Below, piece after piece: positions 60,301 to 64,000 of a stretch of DNA of 64,000 nucleotides; the first letter of the stretch is position 1; each line of letters begins with the position of its first letter. The notes beneath the pieces were generated by a model. The model did not search any database, had not been told where the DNA came from, and worked only from the letters and a program-made list of their open reading frames with translations. The position numbers and the translations under genes were made by a program. The DNA is taken from NCBI GenBank assembly GCA_963675755.2, contig CAXXMD010000003.1, forward strand, positions 1,184,001-1,248,000. The letters run 5' to 3'. The stretch is from a bacterium. GTDB lineage: Bacteria; Zhuqueibacterota; Zhuqueibacteria; Residuimicrobiales; Krinioviventaceae.

Positions 60301-61013
60301 GTACAATTTCTCAATGGAGTTGGTTCTTTGGAGATGATGAATCAAGTGCAGATCAGAACCCAACACATACATATACACAGGCCGATACATATACAGTCAA
60401 GCTTCAAGTCGGTGGAGCTTTTGGTTCTGATAACATAGTGCGTGAAAACTATATCATTGTTACTGACGCAAAACCTGTTGCTGCTTTTAATGCAGATTCT
60501 ACCTTTGGCTATATACCCTTTACGGTTCAATTTAATGATCTTTCAACAGGGAATGTTGATAATTGGTTATGGAACTTTGGGGATGGAACCACAAGCTCAG
60601 AGCAAAATCCGGAACATACCTTTACAACTGCAGATTCCTTTACAATCTCTTTAATCGTTTCCGGTATTGGTGGAGCGGATTCTCTTGTTAAGCAAAATTA
60701 TATCAAAGTTGATATCAATACAGTGATTCAAGATGATTTCCCGGTACCACAAAATTTCCAACTCTATCAAAACTATCCGAATCCCTTTAATCCGGTTAGC
60801 TGTATTACTTTTGATCTCCCTGAAACAGAATTCGTCGAGTTGAATATATACAATACTACCGGTCAGCTTGTTTCAACACTCATGAACGAATTAAAACAAG
60901 CCGGGCAATATAAAGTCTATTGGGATGCATCTTCGTTTCCAACGGGTATGTATTATTATAAAATTAAAGCTGGTGATCATATTGCTATTAAACGGATGGT
61001 TCTGGTAAAATAA
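57306..61013 (+). CDS. Large secreted protein: two PQQ-like beta-propellers, PKD domains and a sorting domain
   Basis: Repeated SSP.IG.DG.IY.GS.DG.LYA...DG.LKW blades, four WLWDFGDG..S..QNP.H PKD units, QNYPNPFNP...GMYYYKI...KRMVLVK. Confidence 0.9.
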   Translation: MKRSVWLICLFLCIVVNSLAQQPGELKWKYKDTNVPYVHMPCIGLDGSIYITSEDSTFLISIDQDGKLKWKNYLGYQIQFTTPSIGMDGSIYIARSQGDLLAFNPDGSINWTYELNPGIMQFPAPPAIGSNNEIYIRGDNECLIALNSDGSFLWKENLHSTGSGPVIGTDGSLYLKTPAIQIRNPEGRLKYDSSPEITRSSLPIINSDGTYYLIFGGYLNAFYPDGSIRWRAALTGSNYLKPLIDSDGNILVFQNRLNMYSFSPSGDLNWKVDIDPDINITDWVLGDNNIVYGLTYSGAAAIDFSGNLLWDYDTSIDVISSKLNMDNNGVLYFCASDSNLYAIQTSSTGLAKSTWPKEYGDLHNRSNTYNPSSPVALTSLDTLFIQPFNTVILDASNSFDPEGDALTYKWSLVKKPTGGMAAFSDSNSVITEVTFTEQIYGTYVFGVVVTDSDNNVSGSNIVVKYEPLNWSVNLTENQTSPAMSLDGTLFVGCDDGTLYAINNDGSIKWSFTTNGKILSDPVIGIDETVLIGSDDGYLYAIDLLGNLKWKYSGEFEAMHSPTILPDSTIWIAFNDRYIHTLNPDGTLKCKFRINTTVSSAPVFDGDSTIYFGTNHLYALGINDTLKWEFDLRSTATSEPMLSLDGTVFIADSSNTLYAISENNLIWEFKANGIIVGSPITDEEGCVYFGSVDSVIYALKPDGLLKWKYKTDDRIVASPLLGDDGRIYIGSIDGFLYSLNTDEGILNWKYQTGHIESSPVMDDNGNLYLTNSNGKLYSIQTDANGLANSAWPKFRQNNLNSGNLYTKPYAEFETNLKTGYKPFTVSFTDLSKGYITDWLWDFGDGEMSTDRNPKHTFTDGGTYTVSLKVEGPFGSSSCVNNDLISVITASPNVDFSTDTTRGVIPFHVQFTSHSDDNIVEWLWDFGDSTTSSEQNPEHIYQSADTLTVSLTVKNNLGLTETIVKENYIIASEPKPTAYFVADTTFGQVPFTVHFSDNSTGTISQWSWFFGDDESSADQNPTHTYTQADTYTVKLQVGGAFGSDNIVRENYIIVTDAKPVAAFNADSTFGYIPFTVQFNDLSTGNVDNWLWNFGDGTTSSEQNPEHTFTTADSFTISLIVSGIGGADSLVKQNYIKVDINTVIQDDFPVPQNFQLYQNYPNPFNPVSCITFDLPETEFVELNIYNTTGQLVSTLMNELKQAGQYKVYWDASSFPTGMYYYKIKAGDHIAIKRMVLVK
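60090..60618 (+). repeat. 28-bp perfect direct repeat between PKD units 2 and 4
   Basis: ACAAGCTCAGAGCAAAATCCGGAACATA at 60090-60117 and 60591-60618. Confidence 0.85.
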
Positions 61014-61026
61014 TCAAAACTTTTAC

Positions 61027-61053
61027 TCCCCGGAAGTGAAGAGCTTCCGGGGA
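61027..61053. terminator. Hairpin between convergent genes, likely a terminator
   Basis: TCCCCGGAAG-TGAAGAG-CTTCCGGGGA. Confidence 0.7.
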
Positions 61054-61134
61054 ATTCTATACGAATCTAAAATTAAAATCCCCGGTCAATTATTGTAAAA
61101 AATCAGATGATTATATTTTTTAGCATAACCCTCT

Positions 61135-64000
61135 TTAATCTTTGAATTCCAGGGTAAAACTCGTTCCCCGTTTATTTTCAATTTTCAAATCTCCTTCTAA
61201 TTGAAGCGATAACATTTTCACCAACTGCATCCCCAAAGTATCTGTATGCTCAGGATCAAACTTGGGAGGAAGGCCCGCGCCATCATCTTTTACAACTAGC
61301 TCGTACTTTTCGGATTTTGCGCTCAGTTTGACAATAATCTCTCCCTTTTCCCTGTTTTTAAATGCATGCTTGTATGCGTTGCTTACAAGCTCATTCAAAA
61401 TCAAACCACAGGGAATTGCATGTACAACATCAAAATAAATACTATCAACCTGAATATTGCTTTTGATATATTTTTGAGGAGCATACATAATTTTTAAATC
61501 CCGTACTATTGTTTCAATATACTTTTGCATTTCTATCTTGGATAATTCTTTGGACTGATATAGCTGCTCATGGACCATTGCCATAGAGTACACACGATTA
61601 CGGCTTTGGTTAAATACATCCCGAATCTCTGGATCCTCAATTTTTTCAGATTGTAAGCTCAATAAACTGATGATGACCTGCAAATTGTTCTTGACCCTGT
61701 GATGGATCTCTCGAATCAAAACTTCTTTCTCTAACAAATCCTTTTTAATTTGTTCTTCCGCCTGCTTTCTATCAGTTATATTGACCGTAAATCCAAACCA
61801 GGTAACGGTACCATCCGGCAGTAATTCCGGAGTAGAATTGGACAAAATCCACTGTACACCCTTTTCCGGTAAAACAACTCTATATTCACATCTGAATGGC
61901 GACAGGTTTTTAGCTGATATTTCAACAGTTTCAACAACACGTTCAAAATCATCAGTATGTATTACCCGGGCAACAGGCTCAAACGTATCCACAACATCCT
62001 GTGGCGTACAACCAAAAATATTAACAATACCTTCAGAAGAGATGGGAACATAATAAGTGCCATCGGGCTTGCGGGAAAACTGGTAAATCATATCCGGCAA
62101 ATGTTTTGATAGCTTTCTAAACTCTAAATCTTTTTTACGGATTTTCTCTTCAGCAATTTTCAACTGGGTAATATCCTGGGTAAAACCAATGCCCAAAAGG
62201 GCTTTGCCATTTTTATCAAATTCCACATTAGCTTTTTCATGCACCCATTTTACTTTACCATTAACTAAAAGCCTGTGCTCAATATCGTAGGGAACACCCT
62301 GTAACGCGGCAGTCCATTCCTTTGTTACATATACTCTGTCATCAGGATGAACACATTCCATAAAAACTTCAAGATTGAGCTTGGTACCCAATGGCACACC
62401 AAAAATCCTATAATTCTCATCCGTCCAGGTCAACACATTTTCTACAACATCCAGCTCCCACGTACCAATTTTCCCTATTTCCTGTGCTTTGGTTAGATAA
62501 TATTGTTTTTCACTCAGATCTTTTTCTGCTTTTCGTTGTGCCAAAGCGATTGAAATATTTCCTGCCATTCGCTCAATCTGGTCAACAAACTGTTCTGTAA
62601 AACGCCCTTCTCTGTGATCGTTAAATTGAAGCAAACCAAAAGTTTCTCCTCCTGCCCGCAAAGGTACCAGCATAACTGATTCGTATCCTTCAGCATTACA
62701 CCGGTTTCGAGTGCTCGCCTGACGTTCCGTTTCAGTTGTTGAAGCAAGTAATTTTGAAGTACCATTTGAAACAAAACTACCGTGCTCGGTAAAAAATGGC
62801 AAGGATGCATCAAAACGTCCACATAAAACATTTCCGCACATACATTCAAGAACCGGATTACCAATTTCGTCTTTTAAAATTTGGCCTTTTAAATCTTTTG
62901 CGCACAAGTACTTTTCTTTTTTAACAAATTTTTCAGAAAATCCACGGGTTTCATAATAGGGAAAATCTTGTTCTTCTTTTAATCGTATACCCACAGCCTC
63001 ACAACCTGACAGCTCGAACATAAATGTTAATACAGATTGCATCAAATCGCTTAATTCTTTTTTCTCATTTATTATTTCAAGCAACCCGATTGTGATCTCA
63101 CGTTCTGATTCAATTCTTTTTCGTTCCGTAATATCCCGGGCTATACCAAATGTACCAATAATTTCACCTTTTTCATTCTTTTTAGGTATGCTGGAAACCT
63201 GGCATGTTATTCCAGAGGTAAAGGTTATGGTATTTTCAAGTGATTCACCTTTTAACGTTCTCTTGAACATATCTCTAATTGACGGATGGTCTTTATCAAT
63301 GAATAGCGGCAAAAAGGCTTTACCTATGACATCTTTTTTTGACAAACCTGTAACCCGTTCACTTGCCGCATTAACCCAAACAACATTTCCATTCACATCA
63401 GCAATATATGCAATGTCAGACATATTGTCCAAAAAGAGTTTTGACTCTTTGAGTTCCATTTCCAGTTGCTTACGTTCAGTAATATCCCGACCAAAACACA
63501 AAAACTGCCCACCCTCAAAATCTGCAAAGGTTGATGAAACCTCAATATCAATAATTTGCTTATCTTTACGCAAGAGTTGGGTTTCAAATATTTCACTTCC
63601 ATTTTCAACAATTCTGTTTATTCTTTTTCGGGTGTCACTTGGACTTTCTAACGCATCTAGTTCATTGATGTTGAATTTTAAAAGTTCTTCACGAGTATAA
63701 CCTGTCATTTTTAAATACGCATTATTTGCATCAATCAAAATTCCATTTATATCTATTATCCAAAATCCGTCAATAACTGTTTGAATGATATTATGTAAAT
63801 ATTTTTCATTATTTACTATTTTCAATTCGACTCGTTTTCTTTCTGTAATATGACCCAATTGTTCCGCTATTGTGTCCACCAACATTCTTTCTTCCTTCGA
63901 AAACGGTCCTTCATCACGTTCTGGTAATTCCTTTAAATAAACAATTTGTATCTCACCAATGACTTTTTCAAAGGCTTTTACATCAGCACTTTGCATCCAT
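61135..64000 (-). CDS. Multi-PAS/GAF HisKA_2 histidine kinase, probably 5'-truncated by the window edge
   Basis: Several PAS/PAC units ending DITERK, a Cys-rich GAF, LIREIHHRVKNNLQ, NELVSNAYKHAF, DDGAG. Confidence 0.9.
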   Translation of the reverse strand, partial: WMQSADVKAFEKVIGEIQIVYLKELPERDEGPFSKEERMLVDTIAEQLGHITERKRVELKIVNNEKYLHNIIQTVIDGFWIIDINGILIDANNAYLKMTGYTREELLKFNINELDALESPSDTRKRINRIVENGSEIFETQLLRKDKQIIDIEVSSTFADFEGGQFLCFGRDITERKQLEMELKESKLFLDNMSDIAYIADVNGNVVWVNAASERVTGLSKKDVIGKAFLPLFIDKDHPSIRDMFKRTLKGESLENTITFTSGITCQVSSIPKKNEKGEIIGTFGIARDITERKRIESEREITIGLLEIINEKKELSDLMQSVLTFMFELSGCEAVGIRLKEEQDFPYYETRGFSEKFVKKEKYLCAKDLKGQILKDEIGNPVLECMCGNVLCGRFDASLPFFTEHGSFVSNGTSKLLASTTETERQASTRNRCNAEGYESVMLVPLRAGGETFGLLQFNDHREGRFTEQFVDQIERMAGNISIALAQRKAEKDLSEKQYYLTKAQEIGKIGTWELDVVENVLTWTDENYRIFGVPLGTKLNLEVFMECVHPDDRVYVTKEWTAALQGVPYDIEHRLLVNGKVKWVHEKANVEFDKNGKALLGIGFTQDITQLKIAEEKIRKKDLEFRKLSKHLPDMIYQFSRKPDGTYYVPISSEGIVNIFGCTPQDVVDTFEPVARVIHTDDFERVVETVEISAKNLSPFRCEYRVVLPEKGVQWILSNSTPELLPDGTVTWFGFTVNITDRKQAEEQIKKDLLEKEVLIREIHHRVKNNLQVIISLLSLQSEKIEDPEIRDVFNQSRNRVYSMAMVHEQLYQSKELSKIEMQKYIETIVRDLKIMYAPQKYIKSNIQVDSIYFDVVHAIPCGLILNELVSNAYKHAFKNREKGEIIVKLSAKSEKYELVVKDDGAGLPPKFDPEHTDTLGMQLVKMLSLQLEGDLKIENKRGTSFTLEFKD

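Noticed and set aside
63092-63700. 202-aa plus-strand ORF
   Set aside because: Antisense shadow of the PAS kinase, Ser/Phe-rich, with no recognisable motif.

Overview
Bacterial chromosomal window, moderately AT-rich, with no rRNA, tRNA, CRISPR array, transposase or integrase recognisable. The rplM-rpsI-rpsB-tsf-pyrH-frr gene order and several secreted proteins ending in a 'QNYPNPFN...G.YFY...KK' (T9SS type A/FlgD-Ig-like) sorting domain suggest an FCB-related lineage such as KSB1 or Calditrichota (inference). Housekeeping genes (pyk, the translation cluster, pyrR-pyrB-pyrC, rocD, trpS, dsbD, an amidase) alternate with accessory blocks. The strongest candidates for new biology are: (1) a tightly coupled six-gene operon (35.7-45.7 kb) encoding two secreted CotH-family kinases (one apparently lacking the catalytic Asp), a beta-helix lipoprotein, a HlyD-like adaptor, a VTC/polyphosphate-polymerase-domain protein and a DUF4956 membrane protein, behind a sigma54-like promoter; (2) an AT-rich three-gene island of an M.PvuII-like methyltransferase, a PD-ExE nuclease-like protein and a MORC-type GHKL ATPase; (3) an RloA/RloB (AbiL-like) island whose promoter is flanked by twin TGTGA-N5-TCACA palindromes; (4) a lipoprotein that looks like a circularly permuted sorting domain. 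Smaller oddities include a non-canonical start for pyrH, a degenerate PyrC, a terminator in the pyrR leader and a Cys-less redoxin. All family assignments come from motif recognition by eye; no searches were run.
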